This document shows positions 29,751 through 36,939 of a stretch of 36,939 nt of DNA, one piece after another. This DNA comes from a virus. Under the pieces are notes generated by a model. The model searched no databases. It was not told the DNA's origin and saw only the letters and a program-made list of their open reading frames with translations. Position 1 is the first letter of the stretch. Every line of letters starts with the position of its first letter. The stretch is from the UHGV virus genome UHGV-0114473. One strand, written 5' to 3'. The position numbers and the translations under genes are program-made.

Positions 29751-29966
29751 TTAAGCGGCTTTGTGCTCCGGCGGGAACACGTCATCAAGACTTACTTTTG
29801 CGCCTAACTTGTTTAGACACGCAACAAGAGCACGGCATGTTTTAAGGTCTGGGAAGCGACGACCAGATTCCCAATGTCCGATAGCTCCCTGTGTGCATCC
29901 AACTGCCTTAGCAAGTGTTGTTTGAGAGATATTCAGTGACTCTCGATATTTTCGTAGGTTGCTCAT
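29751..29966 (-). CDS. cro: Cro-like HTH repressor
   Basis: 71 aa; SQTTLAKAVGCTQGAIGHWESGRRFP HTH; divergent from cI across the operator region. Confidence 0.75.
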   Translation of the reverse strand: MSNLRKYRESLNISQTTLAKAVGCTQGAIGHWESGRRFPDLKTCRALVACLNKLGAKVSLDDVFPPEHKAA

Positions 29967-29990
29967 ATGCCCTCCATAGTAACCACGAAT

Positions 29991-30076
29991 AAAAAATACA
30001 ATATGTACTTCTCAAATACAAGTAAAAATACACATTGTGCATGGATGGTTCCAGTACAGAGCGTAATAATAAGGAC
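29991..30076. promoter_or_regulatory. OR operator/promoter region (PR/PRM)
   Basis: TACAA/TTGTA-containing palindromes (ATACAATATGTACT; TACAAGTAAAAATACACATTGTG) between divergent cro and cI. The AGTACATAT(T/C)GTA motif recurs at OL. Confidence 0.5.
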
Positions 30077-30082
30077 ATGAAA

Positions 30083-30736
30083 ATGAAATGGTATGAACTG
30101 GCTAGATCCAGAATGAAAGAGCTCGGCATAACTCAAGAGAAGTTAGCCGAAGAGCTAGGTATGACGCAGGGTGGAATTGGACACTGGTTGCGCGGATCTC
30201 GTCATCCATCTCTTAGTGATATTGGTGTGGTGTTTAAATACCTTGGTATTGATAACATATCATTCAACCACGACGGGACATTTTCACCTGTTGGCGAATA
30301 CTCATCGGCCCCAGTTAAAAAACAATATGAGTACCCTGTTTTTTCTCATGTTCAGGCTGGGATGTTCTCTCCAGAACTCAGAACCTTTACCAAAGGTGAT
30401 GCGGAGAGATTGGTAAGCACAACCAAAAAAGCCAGTGACTCTGCATTCTGGCTTGAGGTTGAAGGTAACTCAATGACCGCACCAACAGGTTCCAAACCTA
30501 GTTTTCCTGACGGGATGTTAATTCTGGTTGACCCTGAGCAAGCTGTTGAGCCCGGCGATTTCTGCATAGCCAGACTTGGTGGTGATGAATTTACCTTCAA
30601 GAAACTGATCAGGGATAGCGGTCAGGTGTTTCTACAACCACTAAACCCGCAATATCCAATGATCCCATGCAATGAGAGTTGTTCCGTTGTGGGGAAAGTT
30701 ATCGCCAGCCAATGGCCTGAAGAGACGTTTGGGTAA
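30083..30736 (+). CDS. cI: CI-type prophage repressor (HTH plus S24 LexA-like peptidase domain), P22 C2-like
   Basis: [23 protein letters not shown]; C-terminal …[32 protein letters not shown]…[25 protein letters not shown] matches the P22 C2 autocleavage domain. Start chosen at the ATG with AAGGA spacing; ORF track begins at 30035. Confidence 0.8.
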   Translation: MKWYELARSRMKELGITQEKLAEELGMTQGGIGHWLRGSRHPSLSDIGVVFKYLGIDNISFNHDGTFSPVGEYSSAPVKKQYEYPVFSHVQAGMFSPELRTFTKGDAERLVSTTKKASDSAFWLEVEGNSMTAPTGSKPSFPDGMLILVDPEQAVEPGDFCIARLGGDEFTFKKLIRDSGQVFLQPLNPQYPMIPCNESCSVVGKVIASQWPEETFG

Positions 30737-30745
30737 AGAGGATAG

Positions 30746-30999
30746 ATGGAGTTTAATGGCCATGAGTATCAAGCGGTCAAAAAGAAGTTCATCTATTCAT
30801 TGAAAGCATAAGGCCATCTGAGTATATCCGTAATGATCTGGATATTGTCTATAACATCAATGACCGGACGATAGATATCGGTGAGCAGCGTCCTGTATGG
30901 CAGGGTGAGGCAGGTGAAAAAACGTCCTGCCATCAACAAGAATCAAGTGCATCCGCTCTCTGGACAGATGGAAAATTTATTGGATGCAAAAAGATATGA
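30746..30999 (+). pseudogene. Possible frameshifted remnant ORF immediately downstream of cI
   Basis: 21-aa ORF with Shine-Dalgarno (MEFNGHEYQAVKKKFIYSLKA*) followed in a different frame by a 61-codon open stretch with no start (PSEYIRNDLDIVYNINDRTIDIGEQRPVWQGEAGEKT…). Confidence 0.3.
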
Positions 31000-31100
31000 A
31001 ATAACACCTGTATAGCACGGAGCTTTCTCTGACCGATGCACTTGAAGTTGTTAGGGCTGACCCAGCCTGCTGTTTCTTTAGGTAAGAGAAAAGAGATTTA

Positions 31101-31127
31101 GGAGATGAAAGGTCGCAGAGGTGCGGC
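31101..31127 (+). terminator. Rho-independent terminator ending the cI transcript
   Basis: GGTCGCA-GAGG-TGCGGCC (one G·U pair) followed by TTTTTTATT. Confidence 0.5.
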
Positions 31128-31163
31128 CTTTTTTATTGAGAGTGGATCTTGAACGGAAATTCT

Positions 31164-31205
31164 CAAGACTTGAGTCTTGCATGCAAATCAATTCCTGGAT
31201 AAACT
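31164..31205 (+). promoter_or_regulatory. Candidate sigma70 promoter with overlapping palindromic operators for the rex-position gene
   Basis: TTGCAT (31177..31182), 17 bp, TAAACT (31200..31205). Perfect inverted repeat CAAGACT-TG-AGTCTTG (31164..31179) and palindrome TTGCATGCAA (31177..31186) overlap the -35. Confidence 0.45.
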
Positions 31206-31237
31206 CGATCTGAGTCAATAACTTAGAGAGAGAGCAA

Positions 31238-31759
31238 ATGGCAAAGTCAAACGTTAGCGTGCAGGCATTCAAGGACTTCCTTGAAGAGCTTATGTCGCTG
31301 AACATAATGAAGGAGGCCACCGCTCGAAATTTAAAAAACTCATCCGCTCGCCTCTTAACGGTAGTCCAAGAAGAGGAAATGGGTGATGTTACTCAGCTTG
31401 ATGTGAATGAGCTTGCCGAGCGATACATCAACGCAACTGAGCCGAAGCCTAGCGACAGCAGCATTACTGCATATAAAAGCCGCATGGAAAGTGCAATCAA
31501 AAAGTTTGTAGCTTTCCAGTCTGGTGAAGAAATCCCATACACTCCGATTGACAAAGAATCCAGTGAGGAAAAAGATTTGACTGGCGAACCAACAAAAGTC
31601 GAAGGCAAGGCTAATGCACTTCATACCTATGATCTTCCAGTAGTTCTTCGACCTGAATCAGGGGTTACAGTAACGATTAAAGGCATTCCTAACGATATCA
31701 CAAACGAAGAAGCCGAACGCATCTCTTCAATTCTGAAGGTTTACGTTCGGCCTCAATAA
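31238..31759 (+). CDS. Hypothetical 173-aa hydrophilic protein in the rexAB-equivalent slot
   Basis: Clean ORF between the cI terminator and OL/PL, same orientation as cI; acidic, Ser/Glu-rich middle, no TM segment. No family recognised. Confidence 0.55.
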   Translation: MAKSNVSVQAFKDFLEELMSLNIMKEATARNLKNSSARLLTVVQEEEMGDVTQLDVNELAERYINATEPKPSDSSITAYKSRMESAIKKFVAFQSGEEIPYTPIDKESSEEKDLTGEPTKVEGKANALHTYDLPVVLRPESGVTVTIKGIPNDITNEEAERISSILKVYVRPQ

Positions 31760-32226
31760 TGCAAAAGCATTCAGCACAATGTCCAACTCCCCAGTCCGAC
31801 ATTGATGCTGTTTAACCAGAGCCTCCAAAAGGAGCCCTTGTTAAGGTACACAATATTTGCGATGTAACCTTAGCGCGTCTGGTACATTTTTTCAAGCGGT
31901 TGTAGGGCTGCCGCCAATATGAGAAAACACAGATGTCTACATACAATTTGAATGACCAATTCGATCGAGAAGTTCATGTGAATGCCTATGAACGGATAAG
32001 GCATGGAAATCTTGAACATGTGTGTGAGCATTATCGCTCAAGGCCACACCGCTAATCATCAACCCGGCCTCCATGCCGGGTTTTCTTTTCCTCTCGCCCC
32101 AAAAAAACACATAACCAATTGTATTTATTGGAAAATAAATAGATACAACTCACTAAACAACGCAATTCTGATCTCTCCTTACATCGCCGAGGCAATACAC
32201 CCACGCTAAAAAACAATACTATTAAA

Positions 32227-32299
32227 TACAAAGCGTTGTAAAAAACCGCCCCGTTTTAGAACAAATTGTATTGACCAAGTGGAGTACATATCGTACTAT
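32227..32299 (+). promoter_or_regulatory. OL/PL: leftward early promoter with operator palindromes
   Basis: TTGACC (32271..32276), 17 bp, TACTAT (32294..32299). Palindromes TACAAAGCGTTGTA, ACAAATTGT and AGTACATATCGTACT share half-sites with OR. Confidence 0.55.
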
Positions 32300-32345
32300 T
32301 TAACCATCAGCAGGACGCTGGAAGCCAAATGGAACAGACTGGCAG

Positions 32346-32390
32346 GCTCTTTAAACAACGTCGACTCTCGACTACGTGGCTGAAAAGCCA
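32346..32390 (+). promoter_or_regulatory. nutL (boxA GCTCTTTAA + boxB hairpin)
   Basis: boxA-like GCTCTTTAAACAA (32346..) and boxB TGGCT-GAAAA-AGCCA (32377..32390) between PL and N; lambda-type GAAAA loop. Confidence 0.6.
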
Positions 32391-32488
32391 GATCACCCAA
32401 CCACATAAGCTGTGGGATGCAATGCCGAAGCAACCGTCTCAGGAGGAGCTTCGAGATTGCATCGCCAAAGTTTATTCGGGAGGAATCT

Positions 32489-32761
32489 ATGTCCAGAAAA
32501 ACAGAATTTAAAGGCACCGCAGCTTCTCGCCGTAGAGCTCGTCGCGCAAACCTGCAAAGTCAGGAGGCGATTAGCTCCGACAAACTACACAGGCCAACCC
32601 CATCACGAGTGGTCTTACAATGCAAACGCAAACCAGCAATGAGAGCAGAAGTAATAACACTGACAACGTTGACCAGAAAATATGAAGGCTCAACTTGTCT
32701 TCCAAATGTAGCTCTTTACGCGGCAGGCTACCGTAAATCCAAACAACTGACAGCAAGATGA
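32489..32761 (+). CDS. N: N-type antiterminator (P22 gene 24-like)
   Basis: Arg-rich motif MSRKTEFKGTAASRRRARRANLQ at the N-terminus; C-terminus …LPNVALYAAGYRKSKQLTAR resembles P22 gp24. GGGAGGA Shine-Dalgarno; first gene after nutL. Confidence 0.75.
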   Translation: MSRKTEFKGTAASRRRARRANLQSQEAISSDKLHRPTPSRVVLQCKRKPAMRAEVITLTTLTRKYEGSTCLPNVALYAAGYRKSKQLTAR

Positions 32762-32889
32762 CTTGTGTTGGTCGCCAGAAAATGAAATTAGGCAGCAAAC
32801 CACTTATTTGAGGTGATATATGGAAGAAGAATTTGAAGAGTTCGAAGAGCATCCTCAGGATGTGATGGAACAATACCAGGACTACCCTT

Positions 32890-33090
32890 ATGACTACGAC
32901 TATTGATAAGAATCAATGGTGTGGACAATTCAAGCGATGCAATGGATGCAAGCTGCAATCGGAATGCATGGTTAAGCCTGAAGAAATGTTTCCTGTAATG
33001 GAAGATGGGAAATATGTCGATAAATGGGCAATACGAACGACGGCAATGATTGCCAGAGAACTTGGTAAACAGAACAACAAGGCTGCCTGA
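32890..33090 (+). CDS. ral: Ral-like small protein (putative restriction alleviation)
   Basis: 66 aa, the same size and position (just after N) as lambda Ral; Cys cluster CGQFKRCNGCKLQSEC. Identity is from memory and unverified. Confidence 0.5.
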   Translation: MTTTIDKNQWCGQFKRCNGCKLQSECMVKPEEMFPVMEDGKYVDKWAIRTTAMIARELGKQNNKAA

Positions 33091-33117
33091 TGGTGGCCTT
33101 TATTTTTAAGGAGCTAT

Positions 33118-33360
33118 ATGAAAATTAAAACTATGGCAGCAAGCCCATTAAGCGGTCGTATTTTTCAAGGAACATTAAACACTGAAAAAGGAATGTGGGT
33201 AGGAAAGAAAGAAGATGTCACCGAACAAGCGATTAAGGCAGTAACTGAACACCTGATGATAAAAGACCGGAAATATGCATACGAAACGAATGATGGCAAA
33301 TGGGTGATAATAATGCATCAACTGGTTGATGAATTACCAGAAGAGTTTATTGCTGATTAA
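33118..33360 (+). CDS. Hypothetical early protein (80 aa)
   Basis: ORF in the PL operon between the Ral-like gene and cIII; no recognised motif. Confidence 0.45.
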   Translation: MKIKTMAASPLSGRIFQGTLNTEKGMWVGKKEDVTEQAIKAVTEHLMIKDRKYAYETNDGKWVIIMHQLVDELPEEFIAD

Positions 33361-33578
33361 AATTATTTTGGCATAAACAACAGAATAAACACTGCACTGT
33401 GTATTCATTCCAACGAGTGAATACACGGAGCAATGTCGCTCGTAACTAAACAGGAGCCGACTTGTTCTGATTATTGGAAATCTTCTTTGCCCTCCAGTGT
33501 GAGGGCCTTTTTATATGCATACCAATAACGCTTCACTTGAGGCGTTTTCGTTATGCAATCAAACAGAAGGAGCATCCT

Positions 33579-33749
33579 ATGCAACAGTTCGCTATTGCAG
33601 GGGCGGCATCGGTTCGCCCTTTCAACCCGATTTTATCGGTACAGCATTCACGAAAAAATATTTTAACCGGAGCAGACTTTAAACAACCAAGAATGAAAAG
33701 TTTGCTCGAAAAGCTTTGGGATATTTTGAAACAACAAGGCCGTCCATGA
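33579..33749 (+). CDS. cIII: CIII-like protease (FtsH) inhibitor
   Basis: MQQFAIAGAASVRPF…SLLEKLWDILKQQGRP parallels lambda CIII MQYAIAGWPVAG…LRDGWKRLIDILNQPGVP. AAGGAG Shine-Dalgarno at 6 nt; ORF track starts upstream at 33474. Confidence 0.7.
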   Translation: MQQFAIAGAASVRPFNPILSVQHSRKNILTGADFKQPRMKSLLEKLWDILKQQGRP

Positions 33750-33830
33750 GTTTTACAGATAACTGGTCAGACGAAGAATTCATTCGTCAGATGAACAAAA
33801 TGCTCAATCAGCACAAAGAACAGGAGAAAG

Positions 33831-34142
33831 ATGATGATTCTGACTCTGAATGATAAGCGTGAAATATCGCAAATAATCGCAAGTTTTACTGATGAAGATT
33901 ACGAACGAATCAACAGTGAAGTTGATCGCCTCTGCAAACGTTGCGACCCAATAAGCGAAATGCTTCGCTCATATAAACCAGATGAACACACTAAGGACGC
34001 TGTCGACTGGCTGGAAGATGATGACTGTAACTATCAGGAAAAAGCCGCTGAATGGTTCTGGGATGCAATAACCGAAAGAGTTAAGGCTGAATATGCCTTC
34101 GCAATATTCAAACGCAGACATATTTATGGAGAAGCAGCATGA
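33831..34142 (+). CDS. Hypothetical early protein (103 aa), coupled to recT
   Basis: Stop overlaps the recT ATG (ATGA); acidic, Cys-containing (CKRCD…DDDC). Confidence 0.45.
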   Translation: MMILTLNDKREISQIIASFTDEDYERINSEVDRLCKRCDPISEMLRSYKPDEHTKDAVDWLEDDDCNYQEKAAEWFWDAITERVKAEYAFAIFKRRHIYGEAA

Positions 34143-35050
34143 GCAATATCGTTGAATTCGTTAAACAGCAGGAGCAGTTATTCTGCGGAGCATTGACTGA
34201 ACAGACGGTGACATGGGCTAAGGAAAGCCAGTTTGCAATTCAGTATTTCCAGAAAAATGATTACCTGGCTAAAACGGCACTGGCAAATCCAACCAGCGCA
34301 CAGAACGCCATCATCAATGTTGCGGCGATCGGCATCACCTTAAACCCGGCCAGCAAACTTGCTTATCTGGTTCCGCGCGACGGCATGGTTTGCCTTGATA
34401 TCAGCTATATGGGATTGCTCCATATTGCAATGGAGTCTGGTGTTATCTCATGGGGTCAGGCAAAACTTGTTCATGCTAACGATACCTATGAGTCAAACGG
34501 GCTTGATAAAGCACCAACCCATAAATACAACGCCTTCGGTGATCGTGGTGATATCGTTGGCGTTTACTGCACAGTTAAGACGCCAGCAGGTGATTATCTA
34601 ACGGAAGAGATGAGTCTGGCTGAAATTGATGCTGTAAGGAAAACAAGCAAGGCAGCATTCAGCGATAAAGGACCATGGGTAAATCACTGGAATGAGATGG
34701 CGCGAAAGACGGTCGTAAAGCGTGCAAGCAAGTATTGGCCTAAGGCATCACGTCTTGATAGTGCTATTCACGTACTAAACGAAGAAGAAGGTGTGTGGAC
34801 TGAACCAGTTATGCCGCACAAATCAGAGGAAGATATCCGCGAAGATGAACGGAAACGCCAGCAGGAAATAATGGATAAAGTACAACTTCTTTGCGATGAA
34901 ATGGCTCAGGCAGAAAACATGGATGATTTGAAGCGATATTTTGCAGAAGCATATCGCCTAACATCTGGAATGAAATTACAGCAGAACGTACAAGCCATTT
35001 ACATAGAATGCAAAGCGAAACTGGAGGTTGCCAGTGAGCAAACTATATGA
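34139..35050 (+). CDS. recT: RecT-family single-strand annealing recombinase
   Basis: 303 aa with RecT/Redβ-like core (…NAIINVAAIGITLNPASKLAYLVPRDG…GVYCTVKTPAGDY…) in the recombination-module position. Confidence 0.8.
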   Translation: MSNIVEFVKQQEQLFCGALTEQTVTWAKESQFAIQYFQKNDYLAKTALANPTSAQNAIINVAAIGITLNPASKLAYLVPRDGMVCLDISYMGLLHIAMESGVISWGQAKLVHANDTYESNGLDKAPTHKYNAFGDRGDIVGVYCTVKTPAGDYLTEEMSLAEIDAVRKTSKAAFSDKGPWVNHWNEMARKTVVKRASKYWPKASRLDSAIHVLNEEEGVWTEPVMPHKSEEDIREDERKRQQEIMDKVQLLCDEMAQAENMDDLKRYFAEAYRLTSGMKLQQNVQAIYIECKAKLEVASEQTI

Positions 35051-35516
35051 AATAGCCAATGAATACGCAAAATTGATGGATTCAGATTTAGAACCAGAGA
35101 TGATTGCTGACACAATAGAAGGCATGGAAGGAGAATTTACCGATAAAATAGAGCAACTTCTCGCCATTATTAAAAATGAATCTGGTTATGCTGAACGCCT
35201 CAAGGACGAGGCAAAGTCACTGAATGAACGAGCAGCAGTAATTCAAAATAAGATTGATAGCATTATGGCATATATAGCCTCATCGCTTGAAATGGTTGGC
35301 AAGAAAAAGATTAGAGCAGGTATTCACCAGGTAACAATCCGCAAACCGTCAGAAACTGTAGAAATCATCGACTCAAGCGCCCTTCCTCCTGAATACGTTG
35401 AGTTTGAAACGACAATTAAAGCCGACAAGTTGGCAATCAAGCACCAACTAAAAGCAGGATTAAATATCCCCGGTGCTCAACTCAAAGTTGGGAAACCTTC
35501 ACTTCTTATCAAATAA
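35034..35516 (+). CDS. Gp157-like coiled-coil protein (RecT-associated)
   Basis: About 160 aa predicted helical protein directly downstream of recT; GTG start with GGAGG at 5 nt preferred over the TTG at 35028. Family assignment is from memory. Confidence 0.45.
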   Translation: MSKLYEIANEYAKLMDSDLEPEMIADTIEGMEGEFTDKIEQLLAIIKNESGYAERLKDEAKSLNERAAVIQNKIDSIMAYIASSLEMVGKKKIRAGIHQVTIRKPSETVEIIDSSALPPEYVEFETTIKADKLAIKHQLKAGLNIPGAQLKVGKPSLLIK

Positions 35517-35527
35517 CGGTATCGCCT

Positions 35528-35842
35528 ATGAAAAAGACTCCATGGGAGAAATGGGAAGTCGATTTCTTGCGCGAGGTAGCGGCGACAATGCCAGTTGAAG
35601 TTATCGCAGAAAAACTGGAAAGGACTGAAAAAGCAGTAATGGCGAAAGCAACAAGGATTGGCGCTGACATTGTTAGCCGACTTCGTGGAAGACGCTGGAC
35701 AAGAGCCGAAGTATCAATTTTCGGTAAGTTCTCTGCAGAAGAAATAGCAATTGCAACCTGCCGCTCAATTTATTCAGTAAGAGCTATGCGATACAAGCTA
35801 AAAAAACTCGATGAAGAAAGAGCAGGCATACAAATAAATTAA
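35528..35842 (+). CDS. Hypothetical early protein (104 aa)
   Basis: Clean ORF in the leftward operon; basic C-terminus. Confidence 0.45.
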   Translation: MKKTPWEKWEVDFLREVAATMPVEVIAEKLERTEKAVMAKATRIGADIVSRLRGRRWTRAEVSIFGKFSAEEIAIATCRSIYSVRAMRYKLKKLDEERAGIQIN

Positions 35843-35858
35843 CATGGAGTAATTAACA

Positions 35859-36140
35859 ATGAAGCTAAACATCGACCTAGGAAAATACGTTATTACCGGA
35901 ACCAAACACGATCTGATTCTTAGCGAAAGAGGAATTATCAAAGAAGGCGAGAATGCAGGGAAAGAAACACTAAGTCGTATCGGTTATTACAGCAAGTTTG
36001 AGCATCTGGTTAAAGAGTTATGCAACCGTGAAATCCTGTTATCTCAGGCGCAGACGCTACAGGATATTCAGCAGCATATCGAGACTTTAGGTATGTCACT
36101 TAGCATGGCTATTGACCAGTTCGTGGAGAGTAAATCATGA
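35859..36140 (+). CDS. Hypothetical early protein (93 aa)
   Basis: Clean ORF in the leftward operon. Confidence 0.45.
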   Translation: MKLNIDLGKYVITGTKHDLILSERGIIKEGENAGKETLSRIGYYSKFEHLVKELCNREILLSQAQTLQDIQQHIETLGMSLSMAIDQFVESKS

Positions 36141-36304
36141 GAGGACTTACATACAATCCCGGCATTCTTCCGGCAGAAATGATTATTCGTCAACGCGTAA
36201 AGCCAATGCCATCGAGAGAGGAATTGCTTAAGCGAAATTCTTTTCTGTCAGTGAATCAAAACAAATATCTGAATGCGATGTGGCGCAAAGGAGGCAACCA
36301 GTGA
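36137..36304 (+). CDS. Small hypothetical protein (55 aa)
   Basis: ATG overlaps the upstream stop (ATGA): [55 protein letters not shown]. Confidence 0.35.
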   Translation: MRGLTYNPGILPAEMIIRQRVKPMPSREELLKRNSFLSVNQNKYLNAMWRKGGNQ

Positions 36305-36906
36305 GCAAGATTAACTATCAAGCACTGCGTGAAAAGGCAGAGAAAGCAACATGTGGCGAGTGGTCGCTCGAATATGGAGAGGGCCGATTTGATGGTGATG
36401 ATGCACTAATTCATCGCGAGGCTGATGGATATATTCCCATTTGCAGAATTGAAGGAGCGCATCCTGAAAGCGGTTTCGATGAAGATTTCCAAATGGAACA
36501 GCAGGCAAATGCTGAATTCATCGCCGCAGCCAATCCGGCTACCGTGCTGACACTGCTGGACGAGCTGGAAACAGCAAAAAAGCGCATAGCAGAACTGGAA
36601 GCCGAACCCGTAAGCCAAACTTACAAGTTGAACGAGCTATCGGGCAACTCTCCGGTAACTCCGGATGGTTGGATAAGATGTAGTGAGCGAATGCCAGAAA
36701 TGGGAGAGCGACAATGCTATGTGTTAGCAGCTGACTTTAAAAACAACTACCCGCCAAACATCCCCAACACTCAGGTCGGTGTATATGGCGACTGGTTTAA
36801 TGATGGCAATCCCACTTGGGATGACGGTGATGGCGAAGACCTGTATCTCAAAGAGGTAACCCACTGGATGTCGCTACCAGAACAGCCTCGATTAAAGGAG
36901 CTATAA
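36301..36906 (+). CDS. Ead/Ea22-like protein with C-terminal DUF551-like domain
   Basis: C-terminus …[34 protein letters not shown] typical of DUF551. GTG start with AAGGAGG at 6 nt preferred over the ORF-track ATG at 36280. Confidence 0.55.
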   Translation: MSKINYQALREKAEKATCGEWSLEYGEGRFDGDDALIHREADGYIPICRIEGAHPESGFDEDFQMEQQANAEFIAAANPATVLTLLDELETAKKRIAELEAEPVSQTYKLNELSGNSPVTPDGWIRCSERMPEMGERQCYVLAADFKNNYPPNIPNTQVGVYGDWFNDGNPTWDDGDGEDLYLKEVTHWMSLPEQPRLKEL

Positions 36907-36939
36907 TAGTGAACTATTATATCTATTTGTATTAAAAGA

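Larger units (their letters stand above)
1..36939 (-). mobile_element. Near-complete lambdoid/P22-like (Sf6-type) prophage; integrase and att not in window
   Basis: Contiguous phage modules in canonical order: immunity, replication, nin, Q, lysis, packaging, head, tail/ejection, immI, tailspike. Many proteins are recognisable as lambda, P22 or Sf6 homologues from the translations. Confidence 0.9.

Noticed and set aside
29744-29758. Palindrome CCGCTTATTAAGCGG at the cro stop codon as a terminator
   Set aside because: No T-run follows on either strand; more likely a coincidental or protein-binding palindrome than an intrinsic terminator.
31078-31624. Minus-strand ORFs (80, 89 and 71 aa) around the rex-slot gene
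   Set aside because: Antisense to the 173-aa plus-strand ORF and its promoter/terminator; no start context.
1-36939. CRISPR arrays, IS elements/transposases, integrase/attachment sites
   Set aside because: No short regularly spaced direct repeats with unique spacers, no transposase-like ORFs or terminal inverted repeats, and no integrase ORF were seen; the integration module must lie outside the window.

Overview
The window is a near-complete mosaic lambdoid/P22-like (Sf6-type, podovirus-style) prophage of an enterobacterial host, with no integrase or att site in view. All calls are from reading the sequence and ORF translations by eye; no searches were run and family names come from recalled motifs. 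Late and replication genes run on the minus strand, from high to low coordinates: cro-cII-O, an intein-containing DnaB-like helicase, the nin region (ninB/D/E/F, a Rha/KilAC antirepressor, ybcO, rusA, ninH), Q, a lambda-type PR'/6S/tR' late leader followed by tRNA-Asn and tRNA-Thr, the S-R-Rz/Rz1 lysis cassette, a T5orf172 moron, TerS/TerL, portal, scaffold, coat, gp4/gp10/gp26 tail genes, gp14/gp7/gp20/gp16 ejection proteins, an accessory locus, the immI region (mnt/arc/ant) and a tailspike. The leftward operon is on the plus strand: cI, a rex-position accessory gene, OL/PL-nutL, N, a Ral-like ORF, cIII, RecT, a Gp157-like protein and an Ead/Ea22-like protein. The best candidates for an undescribed system are three AT-rich accessory insertions at classic moron sites: a translationally coupled Panacea (DUF4065) protein plus unknown partner in the sieA slot (4133..5006, with a convergent small membrane ORF), a 173-aa gene with its own palindrome-bearing promoter in the rexAB slot (31238..31759), and a T5orf172/GIY-YIG-like gene between Rz and the packaging genes (20003..20488). 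Also notable are a LAGLIDADG intein splitting the helicase P-loop and two tRNAs inserted in the late leader.
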